From an uncultured bacterium (GTDB lineage: Bacteria > Auribacterota > Erginobacteria > Erginobacterales > Erginobacteraceae), in the NCBI GenBank assembly GCA_963822585.1, contig CAWGIE010000023.1, positions 64,001 through 128,000 on the forward strand: a stretch of DNA of 64,000 bases, given 5' to 3'. The notes beneath the pieces were generated by a model. The model was not told the DNA's origin and searched no databases. It saw only the letters and a program-made list of their open reading frames with translations. Position numbers and translations under genes: made by a program. Shown piece after piece: positions 48,669 through 59,702 of this stretch (positions are counted from its first letter, which is position 1; every line of letters starts with the position of its first letter).

Positions 48669-49419
48669 ACGAACGCTGGAGAATACTCTTTCTGATGTGA
48701 GGCCAGCAAAAGCCCGTCCCGGTTCGGAATGATCTTGATTATTCCCGGGATCAGACGAACTACCACGCCGTCGTCCGGCAGGGTCAGATTTTAAACATTA
48801 TCCCGATTTAGGGAGAGCCGGCTGCCCCTTATTTGATCCGCTCCGGAACGCCGAATCAGTCCGGTCCAACCCTCGATTGTACTACCTGGTCCATCCCGGG
48901 TATCATCCCAGACAGTCGAAAAGATTTTCGAGAAGGCTCCAACCGGGGCGATCGAGATAGGCTTTGGAAGTTTCCGCCAGATGAAAAATGGGGGAGGTCA
49001 ACAGAACATCGGTGGCCAGCCGGAAGGTAGTCATCGTTTCGCCTCGGAATTCGACCCAAAAAGTAACCGGGATCAGGCAGCGGGTCGGGCCAGGTAACGG
49101 GTGAAGACGGCCTGGGAGTAATGGCTGGGCGAGAGAGTCTGGCCCCTTCGGTTATACTCTAGTCCCACACCCCTTCCCAGGTCATCTCGTTGGGCCAGCT
49201 CCGGGACTCCCTGGCAGGATTCGGAGAGCCGTGAAAACTGATCATCAGCCGGTAACGTGAGGCCACGAACAGAAATGCCCGCAGCCGGGACGGAGGTTCC
49301 CATCGTCATCAAAGGAAATGAATACTTCCCCATTTGGACCAACTTGATTAATCGCACAGGATGAGTTACAGTAATTCGGCTCGATTAAATCAAAGCCCGG
49401 GATTCGGGAGCGAGGGCAA

Positions 49420-49860
49420 TTGAGGATTGGGGCACACATGCTAAAAAGACTAGTAGCGGCCCGGGTTAGCCTGGTCGTGGGAGGCGCTTGTGGAAAAGAG
49501 GCGCCGACAGCGGAACCGGTCAACATCCTCTTGCTCTTGATTGAATTTCTCCGGACCGACCGCGCCGGGTGTTACGGCTGCGGGCGGGATACCTCCCCAA
49601 AAATCGGGCGGCGGACTCGGGAAGGAACGATCTTTGAAAACCACATCAGCACCACCTCCTGGACTCTATCCGCCCACAACTCCCTTTTCACCGGCCAGGA
49701 GAGCTCGGGAGAGTACAACTGCCTCTTGGCCGAACTCGCCCCCGCCTTCTATGCTGTCCGGGGGTCCGGCGTCAAACTTCAGCACAACGCCCCTGCTGGA
49801 GCGACGGTGCTCCTCAATCTCAATGCCGAACTGGCCGAGACCCACTCCCGACGCGCATGA
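49420..49860 (+). pseudogene. Internally deleted remnant of a sulfatase-like gene
   Basis: NILLLLIEFLRTDRAGCYG..STTSWTLSAHNSLFT matches the 47259 N terminus, then jumps to LLAEL-like C-terminal sequence. Confidence 0.7.
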
Positions 49861-51515
49861 AGCCTCGAAGGAAATCGATATTCATAATCATTTCTATTCT
49901 TATCGGTGGAATTCTTATCATCACTTATCTCCTCTATTCCCCGGATATCCCTCCCGGGGAAAAATTCAGTCTGCCGGAATGGATCCATAATTCTTTTGCT
50001 TATGTCTATCATTTTACTAAGTTCCAGTGGATTGCCAATAGGGGTCAAGATCAATCAGGACGCCGCGAGGCCGCACTGGCGGCCTGGTATCGCCCCTCAC
50101 GCATGAAGCAGCTTTTGAAGATAGATCAAGGGAATTATTTTGAACTGGGTCGGGAATATGCTTCTCTGGGCTTGGGGGAAAAAGCCGGATATTTCTTCAA
50201 ACTTGCTTTCCAGGATATACACTGCGATGAGGATAGGGCGCTGGATATAATTTCCTATTTGGGGATGCTTAGTGATTGGCATACTGTACGATCTTTTTCC
50301 GAGCGGCTACGGGAAGAAAACCCGTTGTCATCCGAAGCGACTTACTGGCTGGGTAGATCTCTCGTGGAAATAGGTCAATCGTCTGAGGCAATTCCATTAC
50401 TAGATAAAGCCTATGAGTTAAATCAATCATCAGTTGATTCCCTTTATCAAAAAGCTCGAGCTTTCGAGCAATTGCGGGAAATACAAAAGGCCGTAAATCA
50501 ATGTGAAGAGGTCACCGCTTTAGCACCGAATCATAGGGCGGCTTGGCAAGCGCTGGACCGGTTTAATTCATATGAAGGGATCAGGCAGGGCTCAAAGAAA
50601 AACAAATTCATGTTAAGTAAATTAACTCCTCAAATTCACAAGAACCTAAGTTTTGAAAATATCTTTGTTTTAATAGGATATTCCATCGATAAAAAAATAA
50701 TATTTACAAAAGATACTATAAAATTAGATATCTACTTTCAGGGATGGAGGGATCAACCTATATACGTTCGTCCTGAAATCGTTTTTATCGACGAGACAAA
50801 CCGGAAAGTACTAAGGAAATTGGAAACGGTAGAAATAATGTGTCAGGGCACCGTGACTAAGAAAACCTTCAACTGTGAAATACCTGATTATCTGGCCCCT
50901 GGTCCCATCAAGATGATGCTCTCTTTCTGGAATCCTCAAAATAATCTTCAAGTGCGAATAAATAATACCGCGAGACAAGATTTCATTCTCACTTCTTTAG
51001 ATCTTAATCCCAGGTGGATTAGACCTAACATTAAAGATAGCCTGGTCCGGCAATATTTCGGAAAGAACGCACGATCGCTACATAAAAGAACGTATTTGGC
51101 TAAAGGCTCAAGTTTGTATTTAGATCTTAATGAAAAAGACGAAATATCGGCTCTGGGGGTTATTTCAGGTATTATTTGCCCTTCTAATAAACGGAACCAT
51201 CTGTTACAGGGCCAGATAATCGGCAATATCCTGATTGAAGCAGTAAATGGAGGGTCAATAAGTTTTCCCATTAAGCTTGGGGAACATACATCGGATATTT
51301 ATTGGGATTTGCCGAATTCTCCAGCCCCTCTTCATAAAAAAGCCCCAATTTTCAGGAGCGGAATAGCGAAGTGGCGTGAACCCCATTTTATGGCTCATCT
51401 GTATTATGCCATATATCGGTTCTCCAGCCCATTGAAATTAAAATCCCTTAAGATCGAATGTACTGGTTCTGATTTAGTGCTCCATATTTTCGATCTGATT
51501 CTGATCCCTGACTAG
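49857..51515 (+). CDS. Membrane-anchored TPR-repeat protein (low GC)
   Basis: N-terminal TM helix; TPR patterns YWLGRSLVEIG..EAIPLLDKAYEL, YQKARAFEQL. Confidence 0.75.
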   Translation: MKPRRKSIFIIISILIGGILIITYLLYSPDIPPGEKFSLPEWIHNSFAYVYHFTKFQWIANRGQDQSGRREAALAAWYRPSRMKQLLKIDQGNYFELGREYASLGLGEKAGYFFKLAFQDIHCDEDRALDIISYLGMLSDWHTVRSFSERLREENPLSSEATYWLGRSLVEIGQSSEAIPLLDKAYELNQSSVDSLYQKARAFEQLREIQKAVNQCEEVTALAPNHRAAWQALDRFNSYEGIRQGSKKNKFMLSKLTPQIHKNLSFENIFVLIGYSIDKKIIFTKDTIKLDIYFQGWRDQPIYVRPEIVFIDETNRKVLRKLETVEIMCQGTVTKKTFNCEIPDYLAPGPIKMMLSFWNPQNNLQVRINNTARQDFILTSLDLNPRWIRPNIKDSLVRQYFGKNARSLHKRTYLAKGSSLYLDLNEKDEISALGVISGIICPSNKRNHLLQGQIIGNILIEAVNGGSISFPIKLGEHTSDIYWDLPNSPAPLHKKAPIFRSGIAKWREPHFMAHLYYAIYRFSSPLKLKSLKIECTGSDLVLHIFDLILIPD

Positions 51516-51800
51516 AATAATATTTCGCGTCTCTTGCGAATAAAGGAAATATTCCGCACTCAGTATTTCAGCCGATAAGAATAATCAATAATTGCACAAA
51601 GCCGTGATTCCTCCTATTGTGCTGGTATTTGCCCTGCGGTTTCTCTGGAGCAAATTACGTCTCGCCAGAAGGCCGGCAACGGCGGGATTCGCGGTGGAAC
51701 TTGAAGGTTGCGTTCCCTGCCATTTTTTCCAACAAAGGCATGGATAACGAAAAAGATCTTATTCATGACATACAAATAATGGCGCAAGTCATAACAGCAA

Positions 51801-53312
51801 ATGCAGAAAAAACAAGTCTTGAAAAATAGTGTGATGACCGTAGTGCAAATTGTTGTTATTGCCGCGGTCCTGTTTATCCTATATAAATTTTTATTGAATA
51901 CTATAGGGGTTAAACAATTTGGCATTTGGTCTCTTGTTCTCGCCACCACCTCCATTACCAGTATTGCACAATTCGGACTCTCCGGCAGCGTAGTAATATT
52001 CGTATCAAAATACAAAGCAAGAAACGAAAAAGAAAATATTGCCGATGTTATCCAAACCGCCTTAATCTCAGTGGCGATATTCATAGGAATTATCCTGCTC
52101 ATCGGCTACCCGATTATTAAATGGATTCTGGGCCTGGTCATCGCCGAGGAATCTATTCACCTCGCGATATTGATCTTGCCTTACGCCCTTTTCGCCTTCT
52201 GGATAACAGCCATAACCTCTATCCTGCAATCCGGGCTTGATGGATTGCAGAGAATAGACTTAAGCAGCATTTTGCTGATGGGGGGCGCGATTTTTCACCT
52301 GGCAATATGCTTTTTAATTGTTCCAAAATACGGATTGCTCGGATTGGCCTATGCAAGCATCGCCAGGAACCTTTTTGTTTTCCTCTCCAGCTGGTTTTTT
52401 CTGCAAAAGCGGCTGGCCCTTCCTGTCTTTCCCTGCAAATGGAATAAAAACATTTTCCAGGAAATCATTCATTATGGGCTCCGTTTCCAGGTTATCTCCA
52501 TAGCGCAGATGCTCTACGACCCGGTGACCAAGATGCTGATGAGCAAATTCGGAGGCTTGGCCGCCGTCGGTTTCTACGAAATGGTGAGCAAGTTGATCTT
52601 GCAAGTCCGGAGCCTCATAGTCTCGGCCAACAGAGTCCTTGTGCCAACTTACGCTGAATACAAAGAAAAACTACCACTAAAGATAAATAGCATTTATTTA
52701 ACTTCCTATCGTCTTCTTTTTTACCTTGCAGTACCTCTTTTTACATTGCTCATCATTTCAATGCCTGCCATTTCAGAGGTCTGGATAGGGCATTATGAAA
52801 TAGATTTCGTATCATTCGGCATATTGTTGACAATCGGCTGGTTATTAAATCTTTTGAATGCACCATCTTATTATGCCTATTGCGGGATTGGGGACCTTAA
52901 ATGGAATGTCATTGGAAACATTGTCATAGCGGTATTAAATGCCGGACTGGGAATTATTCTGGGCTATCTATACGGGGGCATCGGTGTCGTGGTTGCCTTC
53001 ATAATTGCATTAACTTTTGGCAGCAGCATATTTTATATATCTTATCATATTAAGTATAAAGTCTCTTTCCGGGAAGTGATTCCGGCCGCCAGTAAGATAT
53101 TGTTGCTTGTCTGTTTTTTGTTTATCAGTATATTTTTCCTGATCCCTCCGGGGATTACCCGCGCCGCGTTCCCGCTGAGAATCGGAATTATTGTTTTGAC
53201 CGGATCGGCAATCCTTATTACTATGTGGCTGCATCCGATGCGGAAACAGCTATCCGACTGGATCAGGCATGATTTATTCCTTACCCGTAACGTCCCGGAT
53301 CAAGGTGCCTGA
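51801..53312 (+). CDS. Wzx-type oligosaccharide flippase (MOP superfamily)
   Basis: KNS..IGVKQFGIWSL..QFGL; SKFGGLAAVGFYE; many TM helices. Confidence 0.85.
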   Translation: MQKKQVLKNSVMTVVQIVVIAAVLFILYKFLLNTIGVKQFGIWSLVLATTSITSIAQFGLSGSVVIFVSKYKARNEKENIADVIQTALISVAIFIGIILLIGYPIIKWILGLVIAEESIHLAILILPYALFAFWITAITSILQSGLDGLQRIDLSSILLMGGAIFHLAICFLIVPKYGLLGLAYASIARNLFVFLSSWFFLQKRLALPVFPCKWNKNIFQEIIHYGLRFQVISIAQMLYDPVTKMLMSKFGGLAAVGFYEMVSKLILQVRSLIVSANRVLVPTYAEYKEKLPLKINSIYLTSYRLLFYLAVPLFTLLIISMPAISEVWIGHYEIDFVSFGILLTIGWLLNLLNAPSYYAYCGIGDLKWNVIGNIVIAVLNAGLGIILGYLYGGIGVVVAFIIALTFGSSIFYISYHIKYKVSFREVIPAASKILLLVCFLFISIFFLIPPGITRAAFPLRIGIIVLTGSAILITMWLHPMRKQLSDWIRHDLFLTRNVPDQGA

Positions 53313-54203
53313 ATGATATCTGATGATATGAAATCGCTGTCTCGTAAATACCCGGTAATCAATGCGGTTTTATATCCGGCGGTACTTGTCAGAAGACGGT
53401 TGCGCAGGAAAAAATATTTAACGGCGGAAAAAATGCTCGGCGAGCTCGGTGAATTTTTGGTCGGCGACCCGGTAATCAGGGTCGCCGAGTTCCAGGGCAT
53501 TTTCGCTGTAGGAGTCCAAAGCCACTTATTGTCCCGCTTGATTGTGGAAAAGGAGTATGAAGCCCGGGAAGCCGGATTATGTCTCAAGTATCTCAACCCG
53601 GACAGGGATGTAATTGACATCGGGGCAAACGTGGGATTTTATTCAGTTTTGTGCGCGAAGAATATCTCGCAGAAAAGAGTTTTTGCCGTGGAACCCGCCA
53701 AAAATGCCATTCAACGGTTGCGCCGCAATATTCAGTTAAACATTGTTGCCGATGTAGTGCACATTTTTGAAGGAGTAATTTCGGATAGGAATGGAATGGC
53801 CGAAATCAAGGTATTAAAAGGCAAGGAAGAATACTCGAGTATCGGCGCGATGGCGCACCCGAGTATTGGTAACGACAGCTGGGTGACCGAGAAAGTCGCA
53901 ACTATAACCCTGGACACCCTGGTCGATCAAGAGTCCCTCGACCCGGGCTTCATAAAACTGGATGTCGAAGGTGTCGAGCATCTTGTTTTATCCGGGGCGG
54001 AAAGGGTCTTAAGCGTTAACAGACCGATCATTCTTTCCGAGATAGATGACTTTCTGTTGCGCAAGAACGGCTCATCCGCCGCAGAACTCATAAGGTTGAT
54101 TGCCGGTTATGAATATGACGTAGTTGATACCACCAATCTTTCAATTGTCAGCGGAATGAATAAAATGGGGAATATTTTATGTTTCCCGAAGGAACTGTCA
54201 TGA
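53313..54203 (+). CDS. FkbM-family methyltransferase
   Basis: IDIGANVGFYS, FAVEP, TLD, FIKLDVEGVE. Confidence 0.93.
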   Translation: MISDDMKSLSRKYPVINAVLYPAVLVRRRLRRKKYLTAEKMLGELGEFLVGDPVIRVAEFQGIFAVGVQSHLLSRLIVEKEYEAREAGLCLKYLNPDRDVIDIGANVGFYSVLCAKNISQKRVFAVEPAKNAIQRLRRNIQLNIVADVVHIFEGVISDRNGMAEIKVLKGKEEYSSIGAMAHPSIGNDSWVTEKVATITLDTLVDQESLDPGFIKLDVEGVEHLVLSGAERVLSVNRPIILSEIDDFLLRKNGSSAAELIRLIAGYEYDVVDTTNLSIVSGMNKMGNILCFPKELS

Positions 54204-54364
54204 GCGGTTAACTGAAAATTTGCTGAAGCATACTACGCGTATCAAGCGCTGGAGGCGTAGATTTGCGAGTTCCTTCCTCCCCGTCGGGTTCAGCGTGATC
54301 GGGCTTATACAGCCCCCGAGGCTTTGCACCGATTTATTATCAACCAGTTGTTTATGTATTCGCC

Positions 54365-55687
54365 GTGAAAATTACAGATTCAATCCGGACCATCTGCCTG
54401 GTAATCCAGTTGCTATCTCCTTTTCTCGCCGTCAGCGGTTCGTTATCGGGGGATCTCTCCTCCCCGGAAAAAGGATCCCTCTCTCCTGCGCTGAAAAGCT
54501 TACCTTATCTGACCTGGGTTTCTTCCGATGGGACAATCGAGAAGAAAGGCGTCACCATCCACGATCTGGACAAGGCCTTTCCAGGACTCAATCTCTATAC
54601 TCCCAGGAATTTATCCACCGCCTATCTCATCGACAACGAAGGGAACATACTTCATACCTGGTCGGCCGGGCCGAACACGATGGACTCCTGGCAGCATATC
54701 AAGCTTTGCGAAAACGGCGACCTGTTGGCAATCGTAAAGGACAAAATGCTTCTGCGGCTGGATTGGAATTCGAACCTCCTCTGGACGAACAAACTGCGTT
54801 TCCACCACGATGTAACTCTCGGCCCTGATAATGATATCTACAGTATTATCAGAAAAGACATTTCAGTATCGTTCAACGGTCAATCGATCCCCGTTCTGGC
54901 TGATTATCTTGTCCGTTTATCTCCTGACGGAAAGATCAAAAAGCAGATTTCCGTCTTCGACCTGCTCGGAGATCGGATCGCTCCCGAGAAATATGAATCG
55001 ATTGCGCGCTGGCTGAAAGAAGCGAAGAAGGAAACCAACGGAAGCGAAGAGACAGCAGCGGCCGGAGAGAGGCTGCAACACGACACCCCTCCCGACCTGT
55101 TCCATACCAACTCGATCGAGCCTCTGCCCCGGAAGATCGCCGGGATCGGCGAAAGAGGAGATTTACTGATATCCGTCCGGGAAATGAATCTTATCGCCGT
55201 TATCGATCCCGAAAAGGAAAAGGTGGTCTGGAGTTGGGGGCCGGGCGTTCTTGACAAACAACACCATCCGACCGTTCTGGACAATGACAATATCCTAATC
55301 TTTGATAACGGTCCTTCCCGGTATTTCTCCCGGATTTTAGAGATTGATCCGAAGACCGGTGAGATCAAATGGGAATATAAAGGCCATCCTCCCCAGGATT
55401 TCTATTCCTTCTCACGGGGAAGTTGCCGGCGGTTGCCGAATGGGAATACTCTTATCACTGAGAGCGATAAGGGACGAGTTTTCGAAATAACTTCAACCGG
55501 GGAGACGGTCTGGGAATTTTATAGCCCCGAGATAAATACTCATACACGGAAACGGGCGGCAATATACCGCATGGATCGGGTTACCGGTCCGATCGGACAT
55601 CTCCGGCCGAAAAACCTGAAGCGGGAAAACTCCCGAAGTGCAATGACCACGGCACCGGACAGCGGTATGGATGCGTCACCTGAATGA
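54365..55687 (+). CDS. Arylsulfotransferase (ASST-like beta-propeller)
   Basis: FHHD, FHTNSI, QHHP..ILIFDNG, RRLPNGNTLITES..GETVWEF. Confidence 0.85.
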   Translation: MKITDSIRTICLVIQLLSPFLAVSGSLSGDLSSPEKGSLSPALKSLPYLTWVSSDGTIEKKGVTIHDLDKAFPGLNLYTPRNLSTAYLIDNEGNILHTWSAGPNTMDSWQHIKLCENGDLLAIVKDKMLLRLDWNSNLLWTNKLRFHHDVTLGPDNDIYSIIRKDISVSFNGQSIPVLADYLVRLSPDGKIKKQISVFDLLGDRIAPEKYESIARWLKEAKKETNGSEETAAAGERLQHDTPPDLFHTNSIEPLPRKIAGIGERGDLLISVREMNLIAVIDPEKEKVVWSWGPGVLDKQHHPTVLDNDNILIFDNGPSRYFSRILEIDPKTGEIKWEYKGHPPQDFYSFSRGSCRRLPNGNTLITESDKGRVFEITSTGETVWEFYSPEINTHTRKRAAIYRMDRVTGPIGHLRPKNLKRENSRSAMTTAPDSGMDASPE

Positions 55688-55699
55688 ACTTCCGGAATC

Positions 55700-55893
55700 A
55701 CCCTTGATAAGGAGAGCGCGAGCCCAAGGTCGAGCCTGTCGAAGAACTCACGGAGTTCTGCCAGAACGTCGCAGCCGACATAGGCCTTTGTGGCGTTGCA
55801 GTCGGTGGCTTCCGTGACCCAAAGGCAGAGGCCGTCTTGGCGCTTTGCCAGGAACAGGATATAGCCCATCCCTGTTTCTTTGGTGGCGCGCAC
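55700..55893 (-). pseudogene. Degenerate GH29 fucosidase fragment
   Basis: GMGYILFLAKRQDGLCLW..DVLAELRE..LAL aligns by eye to GMNYILFLTKHHDGFCLW..DVLAKLRE..LAL of 58134..59195. Confidence 0.75.
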
Positions 55894-56166
55894 CTACTGG
55901 TTGTTGTCACCATAGAGCAAAATATCCGAAAACGCTTTAAAAGGGTCTTCCTGAGACCAGGTCTTGCTGAGTAATAAAAAAGGCATAGTGAAAATTACGA
56001 ACAAAAAGCTCGGGGGTGCGCACATTAAAACATATTTTCCAGCAAGAAATGAAAGCAGCACCGGGATAGTCACGCAAAATAACACTGATATTGCGGCGAA
56101 ATCCAAGAAAACTATAATTAAATTAGTTAAAACAAGTTCTTCCTGGTTCGAAATAATATACCGCAT
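55894..56166 (-). CDS. Small AT-rich membrane ORF or fragment
   Basis: Two hydrophobic segments; start uncertain. Confidence 0.35.
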   Translation of the reverse strand: MRYIISNQEELVLTNLIIVFLDFAAISVLFCVTIPVLLSFLAGKYVLMCAPPSFLFVIFTMPFLLLSKTWSQEDPFKAFSDILLYGDNNQ

Positions 56167-56420
56167 AATGGGCGCTATAGGTATTAAGGCAATAATAAAA
56201 TCATTTGCCTGAAGTTTTTCAAATTTTTGTAATTAAAAATAAAACTTTTCATTCAACTGCTTCCTCCTTAAATGATCCTTTTCTTTCCTCAGGGGTAATT
56301 CTCGCAGGTATGCGCTAAAACGATTGTTGTTCTGTATATGTTTTCTGTCATCTCTGCTGGCTCCCTCGTATATGTCTGCTCCCAGGAAGGGGCAGTGTAA
56401 ACTACAAGTTCAAGAAATAC

Positions 56421-58001
56421 TTAAGGATCCAACTCATAAATACTGACAATGCTCCCCGGGGCATTAAGCTTTGAAGGTGAAAATTCGACAAGTAAATTTC
56501 CTTCATCGAACAATTGACGATAAAAAAATATCTGTTGTGAATATCGTTCCGGCTCAGCGAAATATCTGCTGTAATCCATACTGCTTGTGAGAAAATATCG
56601 CACGCCGACTGATCTGTACCATTCTAGAGATTTATAAGACAAGCGATATTCAAATACCTCTTTGCACGGGATACCCTGCAAATGGGGCGTGTACGCTTCA
56701 CGCGCAATAATCGCGCCTTCGGGGAGGCTCTCTTCCAACCATTTCCGGGCCAGGATTCGTGTACTAGGACGCGCCTGGCGAATACTATTGTGGGCAATTT
56801 CCATTGCCGGCGTGTAGGACACCGCGAAAATCGACGCTGCCAAGAATACGCCGTTAAGCAGTTTCCCAGATGAGATTTTATCCGTTATCCAATCTACGCC
56901 ATCTACTATTACTCGGGCAGCCAGCAAGCTGATGATGGGAAAAATGGGGATAAGCCATCGAGACCAGTGCAAGCTTGAGTAACTGATCCCAGCGATAAAT
57001 ACAACTGGGTAGGCCAGTATCAAGAGTCGAGCATGGTTGCGTTCGACAAGAATGTAGCCGGCGGAGGCGGCAGCGAGCAACGAACGGGGCCAGCCTATCT
57101 TATCCGGTATTGCCGTTCCCAGATACCAGAATAAATTGCCGAGCGGAGATAACCCATCTGCGCCCAAATGAAATGAACGCATCTCATTTTGTATATTGGC
57201 GAGTGCGGTCTTTAACTCGATCCCAAAAAAAGGCGTAGCCAAGTTGAAAGCCAGTACAGCAACCACCAAGCCAATGATGATCCCCCCAGCAAGTTGAGTC
57301 TTGCTACGTTTTCCCTCCAAGAGCAGAAAAAGGTTAGCCAATACCCATACTCCCACCAAGGATATCATGGAATACTTGGTTGCGATCGCCAAACCTATGG
57401 AGACTCCAGCCATCACGAGTGATCTCCATCCCGATCGTTGATAAAATCTCAGACACAAATAGAGTGCCACCAAGCCAAAAAAGGTGATGGCGCCGTCAGT
57501 GCGCACCAATTGGGCCTGGCATACCGACAACCAGCATATTGAGGACAACCAGGCTCCGAGGAGCCCTACTTTCCAGCCAAACGCCCTATCTCCCACCAGG
57601 TAAACAAACAATATGGCCACTACCGCATAAAAAATGGATAGCCCTCTTCCCAAGAGATAAAAACTGGAACTGTCTAATTCAAAGGCGAGAGCAATTCCTG
57701 GCATTCGTCCAAAAATAGGACCGTGATAAAACATAAAGTGGCGCAAGCGGAAGATCGCCATCAATGGATATATGACCGTGGACCCCGGGTGTTGAAACGA
57801 TTTCGGATTCAGGCTGGCCTCGGCCGCCATTTTAACGGCCGGCTCAACAAATGCGGGCTCGTCGATATTCGGGTAATACGGAAGTTCCTTTTTGATCCCC
57901 CAGCCGACATGAAGAAATGTGGCGGTCAAAAGAATGATAAGGAGTAGGATCAGGTGAATCCAGCCTCGAAGGAATCCTGCCAGGAAGCTTAGTATTCTCA
58001 T
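56421..58001 (-). CDS. GT-C (ArnT/PMT-like) membrane glycosyltransferase
   Basis: NIDEP, HPG, RTDG, GLAIATKY, RWLIP. Confidence 0.82.
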   Translation of the reverse strand: MRILSFLAGFLRGWIHLILLLIILLTATFLHVGWGIKKELPYYPNIDEPAFVEPAVKMAAEASLNPKSFQHPGSTVIYPLMAIFRLRHFMFYHGPIFGRMPGIALAFELDSSSFYLLGRGLSIFYAVVAILFVYLVGDRAFGWKVGLLGAWLSSICWLSVCQAQLVRTDGAITFFGLVALYLCLRFYQRSGWRSLVMAGVSIGLAIATKYSMISLVGVWVLANLFLLLEGKRSKTQLAGGIIIGLVVAVLAFNLATPFFGIELKTALANIQNEMRSFHLGADGLSPLGNLFWYLGTAIPDKIGWPRSLLAAASAGYILVERNHARLLILAYPVVFIAGISYSSLHWSRWLIPIFPIISLLAARVIVDGVDWITDKISSGKLLNGVFLAASIFAVSYTPAMEIAHNSIRQARPSTRILARKWLEESLPEGAIIAREAYTPHLQGIPCKEVFEYRLSYKSLEWYRSVGVRYFLTSSMDYSRYFAEPERYSQQIFFYRQLFDEGNLLVEFSPSKLNAPGSIVSIYELDP

Positions 58002-58133
58002 TGCAAGTTAACCGCTTGCTTATTTAATCGTTGGTCTTTTCCCCAGCTCTAATCAGAGGTGGCGGTATCAGGGGATTTTCTGGGATAGATTTGTTATCGG
58101 GTTCCGTGTTCGGGGACTTCGGTGGCGTGGTTT

Positions 58134-59195
58134 TCATTTTGCTTCTTGAGTTAAAGGCATTTTATCTTCTCCCCGAATATATCTTCCCACCTGCCGTAAG
58201 GTTTTTACATCAATTTCCCGTATCCTTCCCCGGTAATCCGGGCCGACATTAAGCGAAAATATATTGCCATACTTTACCGCTCCCAGATAATCCTGATAGA
58301 TTTTTTCAGCCCGATGCACCAGTCCGTCGTGTTCCGGCTGGGAATAGAACCAGTCACCCCCCCCTTCACGCTGTGACCCATCTTCCAAAAATGCAGGAAG
58401 GATCGGATAACAGAACTCTGCAACCAAATAACTATCAAAAGCTTCAGGAATATGTGACTCCTTCCAAAGAGCATTTTTATCGCCAATGGGACCTGGGCTG
58501 CCCCTTTCGCGAATGTGCAAACGCCCTGCGGTTTCGCCCGTGTTAAAACCTACAAAACAATTCGGTTGATATTGATTAACAAATTTAACAGTTTCAATGT
58601 GACTTAATCCTCCATCTCCAACCGCATGGTCCATCCAGATGAATTCAATCGGCCCATATCGAGTGAGAAGCTCTTTTAATTGTGCTTTTTTCATTTCGGG
58701 ATTAATCCCTAAGCCGGCATCACTGTTTTTCCCATCCACGGCTCCCGGCCAGTTCCAGTCGCCTTCAGAAAAGTAAAGGGCCAATTTGATTCCGTATTTA
58801 TCACACGATTCACGGAGCTTGGCTAGGACATCAATGCCCAGCAAGCTATTGGTCACCTTTTTATCTGTTGTTATTGTATCCCACAGGCAGAATCCGTCGT
58901 GGTGCTTGGTGAGAAACAAAATATAATTCATTCCGGCATCTCTTGCTACCTGGCACCATTGATCGGTATCAACGTTTGTAGCTGCAAAAAAAGATGCATC
59001 TTTATCAAGTGTGCGGGTCCATCCTCTTCCGGAAAAGGTACTGAATGACCAGCAGACAAACATGCCGAACTGCATCTTTTTAATTTGTGACGCTCGAAGA
59101 CCATCATCAATTTTAACGGTATAATCTATTTGTGGTTGCTGTGCACAACCTGAAATCAAAAATACAATAGTAACTATAGATATTATATTCTTCAT
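58134..59195 (-). CDS. Lipoprotein GH29 alpha-L-fucosidase
   Basis: Lipobox ISGC; FGMFVCWS, TDQW, TKHHDGFCLW, ELLTRYGPIEFIWMD, LNVGPD. Confidence 0.88.
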   Translation of the reverse strand: MKNIISIVTIVFLISGCAQQPQIDYTVKIDDGLRASQIKKMQFGMFVCWSFSTFSGRGWTRTLDKDASFFAATNVDTDQWCQVARDAGMNYILFLTKHHDGFCLWDTITTDKKVTNSLLGIDVLAKLRESCDKYGIKLALYFSEGDWNWPGAVDGKNSDAGLGINPEMKKAQLKELLTRYGPIEFIWMDHAVGDGGLSHIETVKFVNQYQPNCFVGFNTGETAGRLHIRERGSPGPIGDKNALWKESHIPEAFDSYLVAEFCYPILPAFLEDGSQREGGGDWFYSQPEHDGLVHRAEKIYQDYLGAVKYGNIFSLNVGPDYRGRIREIDVKTLRQVGRYIRGEDKMPLTQEAK

Positions 59196-59553
59196 CCTCT
59201 TCCCAAGAGATAAAAATTAGAACTATCTAATTCAAAGGCGAGAGCAATTCCTGGCATTCGTCCAAAAATAGGACCGTGATAAAACATAAAGTGGCGCAAG
59301 CGGAAGATCGCCATCAATGGATATATGACCGTGGACCCCGGGTGTTGAAACGATTTCGGATTCAGGCTGGCCTCGGCCGTCATTTTAACGGCCGGCTCAA
59401 CAAATGCGGGCTCGTCGATATTCGGGTAATACGGAAGTCCTTTTTGATCCCCCAGCCGACATGAAGAAATGTGGCGGTCAAAAGAATGAAAATAAGTATG
59501 ACAAGATTAATTCGGCTACGAAGGATACCCAATAGGAGGGTCTTTCTTCGCAT
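59196..59553 (-). pseudogene. Truncated duplicate of the 5' end of the GT-C gene 56421..58001
   Basis: 59196-59489 is nearly identical to 57643-57937 (one 1-bp deletion, a few substitutions); it has its own divergent start MRRKTLLLG at 59553. Confidence 0.88.
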
Positions 59554-59702
59554 AAGTTTTCTTACGCGACAGTAGCAATGTCAGATTTGAGTTAACTCCG
59601 ATCACCGTCCGCTACCGCCATCATCTTGCTGAATTGCGCAATTCCGAGGCAATTATAATCTGTTGATCCGGAATTGATAAGGACTTGCCGATTTTGGAAT
59701 AC

